64,000 nt of DNA from the NCBI GenBank assembly GCA_964608465.1, contig CAZSNI010000002.1:23273-87272 (forward strand), given 5' to 3'. The notes under the pieces are model-generated. The model saw only the letters and a list, made by a program, of their open reading frames with translations. It made no database searches and was not told the DNA's origin. The position numbers and the translations under genes were made by a program. This stretch comes from an uncultured Candidatus Saccharibacteria bacterium. GTDB lineage: Bacteria; Patescibacteriota; Minisyncoccia; Phycocordibacterales; DATDWN01. This document shows, one piece after another, positions 45,736 through 54,002 of this stretch (position 1 is the first letter of the stretch; every line of letters begins with the position of its first letter).

Positions 45736-45764
45736 AGACTACATTATTGTCAATATCTGGTCAA
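45736..45764 (-). promoter_or_regulatory. Promoter of cassette F (minus strand)
   Basis: Minus strand TTGACC (45764-45759), 17 nt, TAGTCT (45741-45736). Confidence 0.4.
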
Positions 45765-45801
45765 CTGTACTAAAAACTTAAAATCCTTATAATAAACCCA
45801 T

Positions 45802-46872
45802 ATGAAAGACTATTACAACGTGTTAGGAGTCGACAAAAAAGCGAACAAAGACGAAATCAAAAAGGCATTTCGAACTTTGGCGCATAAGTATCACCCGGAC
45901 AAGAAAACTGGCGATGATGCCAAGTTCAAAGAGATAAACGAGGCATACTCGGTTCTTTCTGATGACCAGAAACGTGCACAGTACGACCAGTTTGGCTCTG
46001 CGGGTCCAAATATGGGTGGAGGAGGATTCGGCGGTGGTTTTGAAGGATTTGATTTCTCACAGTTCACACAAGGTAATGCAAATGGTTTTGAGTTCGACTT
46101 CGGAGACATCTTCGGTGATGTTTTTGGTGGAGGTGGAAGAAGACAAGCCAAAAGAGGTAGAGACATCTCCATAGACATTGAAATATCATTTGAAGACTCA
46201 GTATTCGGCGTTGAAAGAACTGTTCTGCTTAATAAAGTATCTAAATGTGATACATGTAGTGGAACAGGTGGAGAGAAAGGAAGTGAGCAAATAACCTGCT
46301 CAAAGTGTAACGGTAAAGGAAATATACGAGAAGTAAAAAGAACGTTCTTTGGACAGTTTGAGACACAGGCTACTTGTGATACTTGCCATGGTAGTGGCAA
46401 AGTGCCAAAGAACAAATGCTCAACATGTCATGGCGAAGGCGTTTTAAAGCGAGAAACGGAGATAAAAGTAAAGATTCCTGCAGGTATTGAGAGCGGTGAA
46501 ATGATCCGCCTGTCTGGGGCAGGGGAAGCTATTGCCACTGGTCAGGCAGGGGATTTGTATATCAAAACATATGTCAAAAAACATAACTTGTTTAGGAAAG
46601 AGGGTGAGAATCTAGTTATGGACTTACCTGTACTACTTACAGATGCCCTACTAGGAGGGGAAGTCAGTGTTAAGACACTAGACGGAGATATAACTCTGAA
46701 AATCCCAGAAGGACTTAAGCACGGTGAGATTTTGCGAATAAAAGGCAAAGGTGTAGCCATAGAGAGGGGACATAGAGGAGATATACTAGTAAAAACTGCC
46801 ATAATTATGCCTACAAAACTCTCAAAAGGAGTAAAAAAGGCAATTGAGGATCTAAAAAAGGAAGGGCTGTAG
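45802..46872 (+). CDS. dnaJ: Molecular chaperone DnaJ
   Basis: J-domain YHPDK, a G/F-rich region, and four CxxCxGxG zinc motifs. Confidence 0.95.
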   Translation: MKDYYNVLGVDKKANKDEIKKAFRTLAHKYHPDKKTGDDAKFKEINEAYSVLSDDQKRAQYDQFGSAGPNMGGGGFGGGFEGFDFSQFTQGNANGFEFDFGDIFGDVFGGGGRRQAKRGRDISIDIEISFEDSVFGVERTVLLNKVSKCDTCSGTGGEKGSEQITCSKCNGKGNIREVKRTFFGQFETQATCDTCHGSGKVPKNKCSTCHGEGVLKRETEIKVKIPAGIESGEMIRLSGAGEAIATGQAGDLYIKTYVKKHNLFRKEGENLVMDLPVLLTDALLGGEVSVKTLDGDITLKIPEGLKHGEILRIKGKGVAIERGHRGDILVKTAIIMPTKLSKGVKKAIEDLKKEGL

Positions 46873-46900
46873 AAAAAAACTAAATATTTAACAAAGAATT

Positions 46901-46930
46901 ACCACAAGTTGCAAAATTTGTGGTTTTCTT
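46901..46930 (+). terminator. dnaJ terminator
   Basis: ACCACAA-GTTGCAAAAT-TTGTGGT followed by TTTCTT. Confidence 0.6.
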
Positions 46931-47010
46931 GTCTGATATTTTTTGACATTATATGGCTATAAATATAGGTATTATCGGACTTGCTAGGGGTCAAAATTCG
47001 TTGTATTGTA

Positions 47011-47064
47011 TTGACAATCGGATTCAGATATGCTATTATATACCTAACTCAGTAGATCTGAGTT
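47011..47064 (+). promoter_or_regulatory. Consensus promoter followed at once by a terminator-like hairpin (leader or attenuator of 47148 gene, or short RNA)
   Basis: TTGACA (47011-47016), 17 nt, TATTAT (47034-47039). Then AACTCAG-TAGAT-CTGAGTT + TTTCC (47046-47069), then a GGGCC-TTCG-GGCTC hairpin. Confidence 0.45.
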
Positions 47065-47147
47065 TTTCCGTTCCAACCGGGGCCTTCGGGCTCTTACAGA
47101 ATTAAAATCTAAAAATATAAATTATTTTAAATTTCACAGCCGTTAGT

Positions 47148-47606
47148 TTGTTTATGGTTCTTTCCACATTTACAGGTACTACTACGCCAAACGTAAAAGT
47201 ACTCCCAAAAATAGAGAACTCTTCTTACAAGGTTGTAAAAGAGATATCACCTAAAGAGGTAGAGAACATGCTGAGTACAGAACAATACGTTCGACAGTAT
47301 TTCAAAGATATCCCTATTATGATCCAAATTGCTCGTTGTGAATCTACATTTAGACATTTAGATGACGACGGGGAAATTCATAGAGGTAGAGTGAATAATG
47401 CTGACGTTGGAGTTATGCAAATCAACGAGTATTACCACCTAGAAACTTCTGAAAAGAAGGGTCTAGACATTCACACTATTGAAGGGAATACTGCTTATGC
47501 GCGTGACCTATATGAAAGACAAGGCGTTCAGCCATGGAGTTCATCTAAGCCATGTTGGGGTAAGTACCTAAATGATGGAAGTAATCAAATAGCTTTAAAC
47601 AAATAA
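47148..47606 (+). CDS. Lysozyme-like/transglycosylase-like domain protein (152 aa; start uncertain)
   Basis: IARCESTFRH...DVGVMQINEYYH pattern is typical of small transglycosylase-like domains. Tentative. Confidence 0.5.
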   Translation: MFMVLSTFTGTTTPNVKVLPKIENSSYKVVKEISPKEVENMLSTEQYVRQYFKDIPIMIQIARCESTFRHLDDDGEIHRGRVNNADVGVMQINEYYHLETSEKKGLDIHTIEGNTAYARDLYERQGVQPWSSSKPCWGKYLNDGSNQIALNK

Positions 47607-47614
47607 CAAAAAAA

Positions 47615-47651
47615 CAAAAAACCACTTAATCGAAAGACTGAGTGGTTTTTT
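47615..47651 (+). terminator. Rho-independent terminator
   Basis: AAAAA-ACCACT...AGTGGT-TTTTTT. Confidence 0.7.
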
Positions 47652-47672
47652 GTCGCCTGTGGAAAACTCTAC

Positions 47673-47737
47673 TTGTTTACATTCTGCACGGGTGTATACT
47701 AATTAGACAAATGGCCCGCAAGGGCTATTTGTATTTT
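47673..47737 (+). ncRNA. Orphan promoter-plus-terminator mini-unit (predicted ~35-nt RNA)
   Basis: TTGTTT (47673-47678), 16 nt, TATACT (47695-47700). Then AAATGGCCC-GCAA-GGGCTATTT (47709-47730) followed by GTATTTT. Confidence 0.3.
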
Positions 47738-47782
47738 AGGGATAAAATACAAAACTATTTATAAAGTTTATACAAAACGAAC

Positions 47783-47812
47783 CCCCGCCCAAAGACTAGT
47801 CTTTGGGCGGGG
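47783..47812 (-). terminator. Terminator of cassette G (perfect 14-bp palindrome containing the stop codon)
   Basis: CCCCGCCCAAAGAC-TA-GTCTTTGGGCGGGG. On the minus strand it is followed by GTTCGTTTTGT. Confidence 0.65.
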
Positions 47813-48128
47813 CAAACTCGTAGTTGACTGTGGACTCAGGACGTTCTGAGACGTACAAGAGTTTACAGGTGTTGATGATACCGATAGCGCGTTCGACATA
47901 CGAAGCACCATCAAGTTCACCGTAAATACCAAGCCACTCGGGTCGAAAAAAATGACAGAGCCTATTGAAGAGTTTTTCATCGCTTCTGCAGTACTCGATT
48001 TGATTCAGAGCAATCATTTCGAGTTCATCCTTGGCTCTGTGGTGATCGTGCGCAGACCTCCAGTTCAAGTCGCTGATGAGGTGGTCTAATGACCTGCGCA
48101 TGAACATGATGTTCGAATCGAAATACAT
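47796..48128 (-). CDS. GC-rich cassette G ORF: hypothetical ~110-aa protein (start uncertain, up to 48182)
   Basis: 128-codon open frame. First ATG is at 48128 and no convincing SD is present. G/C-ending codons. Promoter and terminator bracket it. Confidence 0.5.
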   Translation of the reverse strand: MYFDSNIMFMRRSLDHLISDLNWRSAHDHHRAKDELEMIALNQIEYCRSDEKLFNRLCHFFRPEWLGIYGELDGASYVERAIGIINTCKLLYVSERPESTVNYEFAPPKD

Positions 48129-48210
48129 GATGTTGCAAATTTTCCAAAATGCCAATTTCAGAGTCCTCCATAGAAGGGCCAAAAAGAGGTAAAATCCAAG
48201 TCCATTGTTC

Positions 48211-48238
48211 AGTATAGTTATTTTGAAATCTATATCAA
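48211..48238 (-). promoter_or_regulatory. Promoter of cassette G (minus strand)
   Basis: Minus strand TTGATA (48238-48233), 16 nt, TATACT (48216-48211). Confidence 0.5.
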
Positions 48239-48592
48239 GTCCGCAGGGAATATGTAGAATTTTTTAGCAGAAATTTATTAATTATTAATCTATTGTTTTT
48301 TAAAGTTTAGAGTTAGTTTGTTAGAGGGGAGGAGTATATAAGCGTGTCGCACAATATATCTTTTGGGTATAGTACCTAAGGGGGTTTACTAGAAAAGCTC
48401 TTTTAATTTATTCTGTTTAAAATCGGTTTATTTGATTGCCGTTAAATATGTACGACATATTAGTGCCACTTTTATGGCCTTCGGCTTCCTCTTTTCTAGG
48501 TACCTAGATAGCACCCCTTTTAACTATTGAGGTCATTATTTTGACCGTATTTTTTGTTCCCTAAAATAGGGAAGTCCCCTGCCCTTATTTAT

Positions 48593-48796
48593 CTAGAAAA
48601 ATTTTGTTCGCGCATAATTATCTACCCAGTTGTAGAAGTCCTTAATCATAGTCCAAATCCAGCCAACGTACTTTTGGCCACTTGGGGAGTTGTACCAGGC
48701 AACGATATCTATATCAAAATAGTATTTAACGAAAATTAGCGCTATCACGATTATAACTATTCTCATTATAAAACCTTGGTTCTTTGAAGCTTTCAT
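48593..48796 (-). CDS. Small membrane protein (67 aa)
   Basis: One TM segment (IMRIVIIVIALIFV) and a Trp/Tyr-rich tail. Host-like composition. Confidence 0.5.
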   Translation of the reverse strand: MKASKNQGFIMRIVIIVIALIFVKYYFDIDIVAWYNSPSGQKYVGWIWTMIKDFYNWVDNYARTKFF

Positions 48797-48826
48797 ATGA
48801 ATATTTGTACCCAGTATTATATCAAA

Positions 48827-50113
48827 TTATGAAGGGAAATATGCTAGTGGATCTAGGTAAGCTTTAATGTCAGCAAGTGGGAGAGTCGCCTCCTTACATC
48901 CCCTACTGTTTACATATTTTTCAATTCGCACACCTTGAGTTGCATAAACAGAAATGTGAAGGTGTGGACCAGTTGAGTATCCAGTGTTTCCAGAGAAACC
49001 AATAGTTTCTCCAGTCTTTATTTTTTGACCCATTTGAGTGCTTATAACAGAAAGGTGTCCGTATATAGTGGACAAACCATTGTCGTGTTTTACCATAACC
49101 CAACGACCAAAAGAGTAGCATCCTCTATACAAATCTGTATCTCCCTGACCAACAACTTCACCGTCTAAAACATTCTTAACTTTTGTACCCACAGGCGCTC
49201 TAAAGTCCACACCATTATGTGAACCTGATGTATATAGTTTCTGTGCTCCAACTGTTCTACCGAACTTTTGTGTTACAAAAACGTTGTCCAGTGGCCACGA
49301 CAAAATACCAGTTTTACCTTTCGGGTAACTGTTTGGGTCAATAAGATATTTCAGCTGTGACTCATATTCAAAGAGTTCTTTTTCAAACTGCTCCTTTTGT
49401 TGCTGTTTTGTTTTAAGTAGTTCTTTGTATGTTTGTTCTTTATTCTTTGTCTGAGTTAGTATCGTAGCTTTTTCTTGTACGGTATATTCTACAGCCTGTT
49501 TCTTACCAGACAAGTCTTGCTTCAGGGTAATCAGGTTAGTTTTTTCACCTTTCAAATCCCCTTGTTTATACTCCATATTATTTTTTAGAGAGTCTAGCTC
49601 GATCGTCTTTACACGGATGGCTTCACGAACTTGTTCGATGTCATCTACATCGCCCCATATGTCACCTAGACTTCTTTTAGCCAAAACCATACTAATAAAG
49701 TTCGTTCCATCTAGATACTGTCTGTTTTTCAGAGCATCTCGTATTGCTTGTTTGTTTACGTCAATTTTTTCTTTTGCTACATCTATCTCTTGGTCTAGTT
49801 GTTCTATGGTCAGAGTAGTTTTTGTTATCTTGTTTTCTGTGAGGGAAATATCTGTAGTAATTTTCTTCTTTGTTAGATCCAAAGTCTTCAGTGTACTTTG
49901 TAGAGTCTGGGCTTGCTTACTCGCTGTCTCTACTTCTTTGTTGTAGATTTTAATTTCCTCTTCAAGTTGTTTTATCTGATTGTTTCTTTCGTCAATCTTA
50001 GTTTTCAATACTTCCGTTGTGGTCGCAGTCTGAGCAATAGCAACACTACTTACAGATAAACTGATTAGTGAAATTAGTATGCTTTTGAGTATGTATTTTT
50101 GCCATCTCATCAT
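48827..50113 (-). CDS. M23 family metallopeptidase with N-terminal coiled coil (EnvC-like)
   Basis: Signal/TM segment, a long coiled coil, then HNGVDF...GPHLHISVY. Confidence 0.8.
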   Translation of the reverse strand: MMRWQKYILKSILISLISLSVSSVAIAQTATTTEVLKTKIDERNNQIKQLEEEIKIYNKEVETASKQAQTLQSTLKTLDLTKKKITTDISLTENKITKTTLTIEQLDQEIDVAKEKIDVNKQAIRDALKNRQYLDGTNFISMVLAKRSLGDIWGDVDDIEQVREAIRVKTIELDSLKNNMEYKQGDLKGEKTNLITLKQDLSGKKQAVEYTVQEKATILTQTKNKEQTYKELLKTKQQQKEQFEKELFEYESQLKYLIDPNSYPKGKTGILSWPLDNVFVTQKFGRTVGAQKLYTSGSHNGVDFRAPVGTKVKNVLDGEVVGQGDTDLYRGCYSFGRWVMVKHDNGLSTIYGHLSVISTQMGQKIKTGETIGFSGNTGYSTGPHLHISVYATQGVRIEKYVNSRGCKEATLPLADIKAYLDPLAYFPS

Positions 50114-50121
50114 TATGATTT

Positions 50122-51582
50122 CTAGCCTATTTTTTCTATAGCGATTTTTATCCTGTTTGTACTTTCAGCCTTACCGAAAACAGAAAGTAGTTGGAAAGGA
50201 TCAGGACTTTTTTCTAGGCCTGAAAGTGAAACTCGTAGAGGCCAAAGCACATTTCCTCGTCCTTGTTCTGTTGCATAGTCAAAAATATGACCTTTGATTT
50301 TTTCTGCACTTTCAAATTCTGAATCATCCAGACTAGAAATTTTCTCTAGGACCCACTCTAGGTGTTTTTTAGAATTTGAGATATCATCCCCTTTCCATGA
50401 AAGCAGGGGAGCTTCGTATGCAGGAATATCAAAGTAAAATGCTAACTCCCCTGCCCCAGCCATAGTGTCTATGTCACCCCATTTTGAAATGTGATCTAAA
50501 ACAATATTTGCTATTTTATCTGCAAAATTTTTGTCACTTAGCTTATCTCCTCCCACTCCACTACTTTTTAGACGACTTACGACTTCCTCTCTTACAGATT
50601 CTATTGGCAATCTGCGAATATGCTCCTTGTTTACCCAGTCTAGTTTCTCTTCGTTGAAAGCACCTCCAGCTTTCTGAATTTTTGTAATATCAAACGCTTT
50701 AATTAGTTCCTCTTTGGAAAATATTTCTTGTTCAGTGCCTGGATTCCATCCAATAAATGCAAGAAAGTTTACCATGGCCTCTGGAAGATAGCCCTCCTTT
50801 CTGTATTCAAGTATGTCTTTTGCACCGTCTCTTTTACCAAGTTTTTTTGTTCTATCGTCACGAAGTATAGGAGGAAGAGTTACAAAAGTTGGGTAAGGGA
50901 TTTCTAGCGCGTCGTAAAGTGAAAGAAACTTTGGTGTGCTGGAAATAAATTCATCTCCACGCATTATGTGTGTCACACCCATGTTTAGGTCATCTATAAT
51001 ATGCGCTAAGTTATATGTAGGATAGCCATCTGACTTTATCAAAATAAAATCGTCAAGCGCTTCCTCTCCGGCCTCCAGATCACCGCGCACTGTGTCATTC
51101 CATTTGTATCTTTTTATTTCAGGAACTTTGAGTCGCAAAGGTTTTGTACCGTCCCAAGTTTCAAAAGTTTCTGGCCTGTGGTCGCGATACAAAAAAGGTC
51201 GTTTCTCTTCTTCTGCTTTTTTTCTAAAAGCATCCAGCTCTTCTTGTGTGTAAGGATCAGGATATGCCAAACCTTTTGCAATCAGCTTTTCCGCATACTC
51301 TTTATATGTAGCAAGTCTTTCTGACTGAATAACAGAACCAAAATCTCCAGGTTTGTCTGGACCAATATCCCAATCAATACCAAGCCATTTTAGTGACTCT
51401 TGTATGTGAGCAATAGAACCTTCTACCTCTCGAGCTTTATCAGTATCTTCTATGCGCAAGATAAAAGTACCTCCCATTTTCTTTGCAAAAAGATAAGCAA
51501 AAAGTGCCGTGCGAACACCGCCTATGTGCATAAAACCTGTTGGACTTGGTGCAAATCTTGTTACTACTTTTTTATCGTTCAT
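50122..51582 (-). CDS. gltX: Glutamate--tRNA ligase
   Basis: RFAPSPTGFMHIGGVRTAL (HIGH-type motif) and KLGKRDG (KMSKS-type motif). Confidence 0.9.
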   Translation of the reverse strand: MNDKKVVTRFAPSPTGFMHIGGVRTALFAYLFAKKMGGTFILRIEDTDKAREVEGSIAHIQESLKWLGIDWDIGPDKPGDFGSVIQSERLATYKEYAEKLIAKGLAYPDPYTQEELDAFRKKAEEEKRPFLYRDHRPETFETWDGTKPLRLKVPEIKRYKWNDTVRGDLEAGEEALDDFILIKSDGYPTYNLAHIIDDLNMGVTHIMRGDEFISSTPKFLSLYDALEIPYPTFVTLPPILRDDRTKKLGKRDGAKDILEYRKEGYLPEAMVNFLAFIGWNPGTEQEIFSKEELIKAFDITKIQKAGGAFNEEKLDWVNKEHIRRLPIESVREEVVSRLKSSGVGGDKLSDKNFADKIANIVLDHISKWGDIDTMAGAGELAFYFDIPAYEAPLLSWKGDDISNSKKHLEWVLEKISSLDDSEFESAEKIKGHIFDYATEQGRGNVLWPLRVSLSGLEKSPDPFQLLSVFGKAESTNRIKIAIEKIG

Positions 51583-51586
51583 ATAT

Positions 51587-52720
51587 TTATCTTTCGTGCT
51601 GCAAGCCGATTGCGATTAGTTCTTCTGCTATGAGTCTTGCCGAATCTCTTCTAGAGAAAAGTTTTGCCGCTGTCTGCATTTTCTCTTTTTCAGTTGTTGT
51701 TGCTCTTTCTATCTCAGCTAAAAGTATTCCTGGTGCAAGGTTTTTCTCTTCAATAACAAACGCCGCACCACTTCGCGCATATGAATATGCGTTTGTCTTT
51801 TGGTCATGACTTGTTGGTTCAGGTATTGGAATAATAATACTTGCTCTGCCCCAAGATGCGATTTCAAAAATCGTTGAACCAGCTCTAGAAACAATAACGT
51901 CCGCAGCGCCTGCCGCCATACGAAGTGTAAGCGCGTTCAAGTATGGTATTGGGAGATATCTATCTTTATGTTGGCTATTTAGCAAAACTACAGCAGAAGT
52001 TTCCTTGATAACAGAAATATTATTTATTCCTGTTTGATGGATAACTTGATATCTTTTAACTAGCTCTGGAAGAGCGTCCATGATCGCACTGTTTATAAAC
52101 CTAGCTCCTTGTGACCCACCGATAATAAATATAGTTGGAATATCTTTAGTAAACTTGAAAAATTCGTGTGAACCAGAAACTTGAGGATCTTCAATCTCTT
52201 TTCGAATTGGGTTACCAGTATATGCAGTTTTTTCAGGTTTAAAATATGATGCAGCATCTGGATACGATACCGCAATTTTTTGTGCAAACTTTCCAGCCCA
52301 AGCATTTACTTTTCCAGGCTTGCTATCTGACTCGTGGATCACAACAGGAATCCCTAGAATCCTCGCAGCAAAAAGTGCTGGGAAACTCACATAACCACCC
52401 TTTCCGAAAACAACATCAGGATAAATTATAAACATTTTCCAGATAGCCGACAGAACTCCTACAAAAGTAGAAAATAAGTCACCGAAATTTAGTATGAGGT
52501 TTGGCAAACTTTTTTCTCGCCTGATTTTACCTGCACTAACTTTTATAAATGTAATACTGTTTTCATATAGCAAATTCTCATCAAAAGGGTCTGTCGACAT
52601 GTAGTAAAGTTCAGGTTTCAGTAACCTGTTTTCCTTTGCCAACTCGTTAAGTTTTTGAGCTACGGCAATAAGCGGATAGAAATGTCCAGCACTACCTCCA
52701 CCTGAGAGTATTATTTTCAT
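51587..52720 (-). CDS. murG: UDP-N-acetylglucosamine--N-acetylmuramyl-(pentapeptide) pyrophosphoryl-undecaprenol GlcNAc transferase MurG
   Basis: MKIILSGGGSAGHFYPLIAV..., IIGGSQGA. Located in the ftsW-murG neighbourhood. Confidence 0.85.
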   Translation of the reverse strand: MKIILSGGGSAGHFYPLIAVAQKLNELAKENRLLKPELYYMSTDPFDENLLYENSITFIKVSAGKIRREKSLPNLILNFGDLFSTFVGVLSAIWKMFIIYPDVVFGKGGYVSFPALFAARILGIPVVIHESDSKPGKVNAWAGKFAQKIAVSYPDAASYFKPEKTAYTGNPIRKEIEDPQVSGSHEFFKFTKDIPTIFIIGGSQGARFINSAIMDALPELVKRYQVIHQTGINNISVIKETSAVVLLNSQHKDRYLPIPYLNALTLRMAAGAADVIVSRAGSTIFEIASWGRASIIIPIPEPTSHDQKTNAYSYARSGAAFVIEEKNLAPGILLAEIERATTTEKEKMQTAAKLFSRRDSARLIAEELIAIGLQHER

Positions 52721-53817
52721 TTATTTTTTCTATTTTTGGATATATTGAGGACGATTCCGACCTCAGCCAGAGTCATAAACAATGCCGTTCCTCCATGACT
52801 AATAAAGGGCAAGGTAATGCCAGAGAGTGGCAGAACCCCTACCATGGCCCCTATGTTCACAAAGGCTTGGGATGAGATCATTATAACAATTCCAACCACC
52901 ATTAGTCTACCGAAGGCATCGGGCACATTTGAAGCTATTTTGAGCCCCCTGACGGCAAAGAATATGAATATAAGTATTATCCCAGTAGCGCCCACAAAAC
53001 CGAATTCTTCGGCAGCAACTGCAAAAATTGAGTCCCCGATAGGTTCTGGCAATACGTTAAATTTTTGAATACTTTGACCAAAACCACGCCCAAACATTCC
53101 TCCACTTCCTATAGCAATAAGTGACTGCTGAATCTGGTAACCCTTTCCAAGAGAGTCCGCTGCTGGGTTAATGAAAGTCATTATTCTACTTTTCACGTAT
53201 GGCCTAGTCATGGCAAGAACTCCTATACCTAAAACACAACAAATTCCCAGAACCAATATATGTTTCCACTTTCCGCCACTAGAAAGATATATAGCCAGAC
53301 CAGCAAAAATAGTAATCATGAAAGTATCTGTGTCGGGCTGAATAAGTAGAGCAATGCCTACAATTCCAGAAAGAACCATAAACGGAAGAAGACCGTACTT
53401 GAACTGTTTTACTCTATCTTTAACACTAGCAAACCAAGCCGACAAGAAAATCACATAACCTATTTTCAAAAACTCTGAAGGTTGAAATGAAAAAGTCCCA
53501 ATACGTATCCACCTATGTGCGCCACCGTGTGAGAAACCAAGACCAGGAACAAAAACCAAGAAAGTTAATATAAGTGCAACCACAAGAAGAGGAAATGCAA
53601 ATTTTCTGTATATTTTGTAGTCAATTTTTGAAGTAACAAAACAAGCTATTGAGCCTAGGATAAGTCCAAACACAGTTTGATTGAAAGCAACACCAGCGTA
53701 TTTCACAGATTGTTTAGAAAGTAGTCCGAGTGACGCAGAACGAAATATCAAATATCCTCCTATAACTAGGATTAATACAGATATTAAAAAAGGTATATCA
53801 ACTTTGAGTTTTTTCAC
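52717..53817 (-). CDS. ftsW: FtsW/RodA/SpoVE-family peptidoglycan polymerase
   Basis: About 10 TM segments, SEFLKI and PEPIGDSIFAV.AEE.GF motifs. GTG start. 4-nt overlap with murG. Confidence 0.85.
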   Translation of the reverse strand: MKKLKVDIPFLISVLILVIGGYLIFRSASLGLLSKQSVKYAGVAFNQTVFGLILGSIACFVTSKIDYKIYRKFAFPLLVVALILTFLVFVPGLGFSHGGAHRWIRIGTFSFQPSEFLKIGYVIFLSAWFASVKDRVKQFKYGLLPFMVLSGIVGIALLIQPDTDTFMITIFAGLAIYLSSGGKWKHILVLGICCVLGIGVLAMTRPYVKSRIMTFINPAADSLGKGYQIQQSLIAIGSGGMFGRGFGQSIQKFNVLPEPIGDSIFAVAAEEFGFVGATGIILIFIFFAVRGLKIASNVPDAFGRLMVVGIVIMISSQAFVNIGAMVGVLPLSGITLPFISHGGTALFMTLAEVGIVLNISKNRKNK

Positions 53818-53898
53818 AGTTTTTTCGTCTTACAAGACAAAATTATATCACAAAAAGTCACTTTTTTATGAGAAAACTGTTGAAAAAACTAATAAGTT

Positions 53899-54002
53899 AA
53901 ATTTGAATGAAATCCGACGTGAGAAATTAAAAATTTGAGAAGCCTTACAAGTAGTAAGGTGACGAGAAATTTTAATTTGGGAACGAGAAGTTCGTCAAAT
54001 TT
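53899..54002 (-). repeat. ~104-nt imperfect-palindromic intergenic element, copy R2 (starts at the mraY stop)
   Basis: Minus-strand reading ...CTCGTCACCTTACTACTTGTAAGGCTTCTCA... matches R1 (34794-34900). Terminal pairing AAATTTGA / TCAAATTT. Confidence 0.65.
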
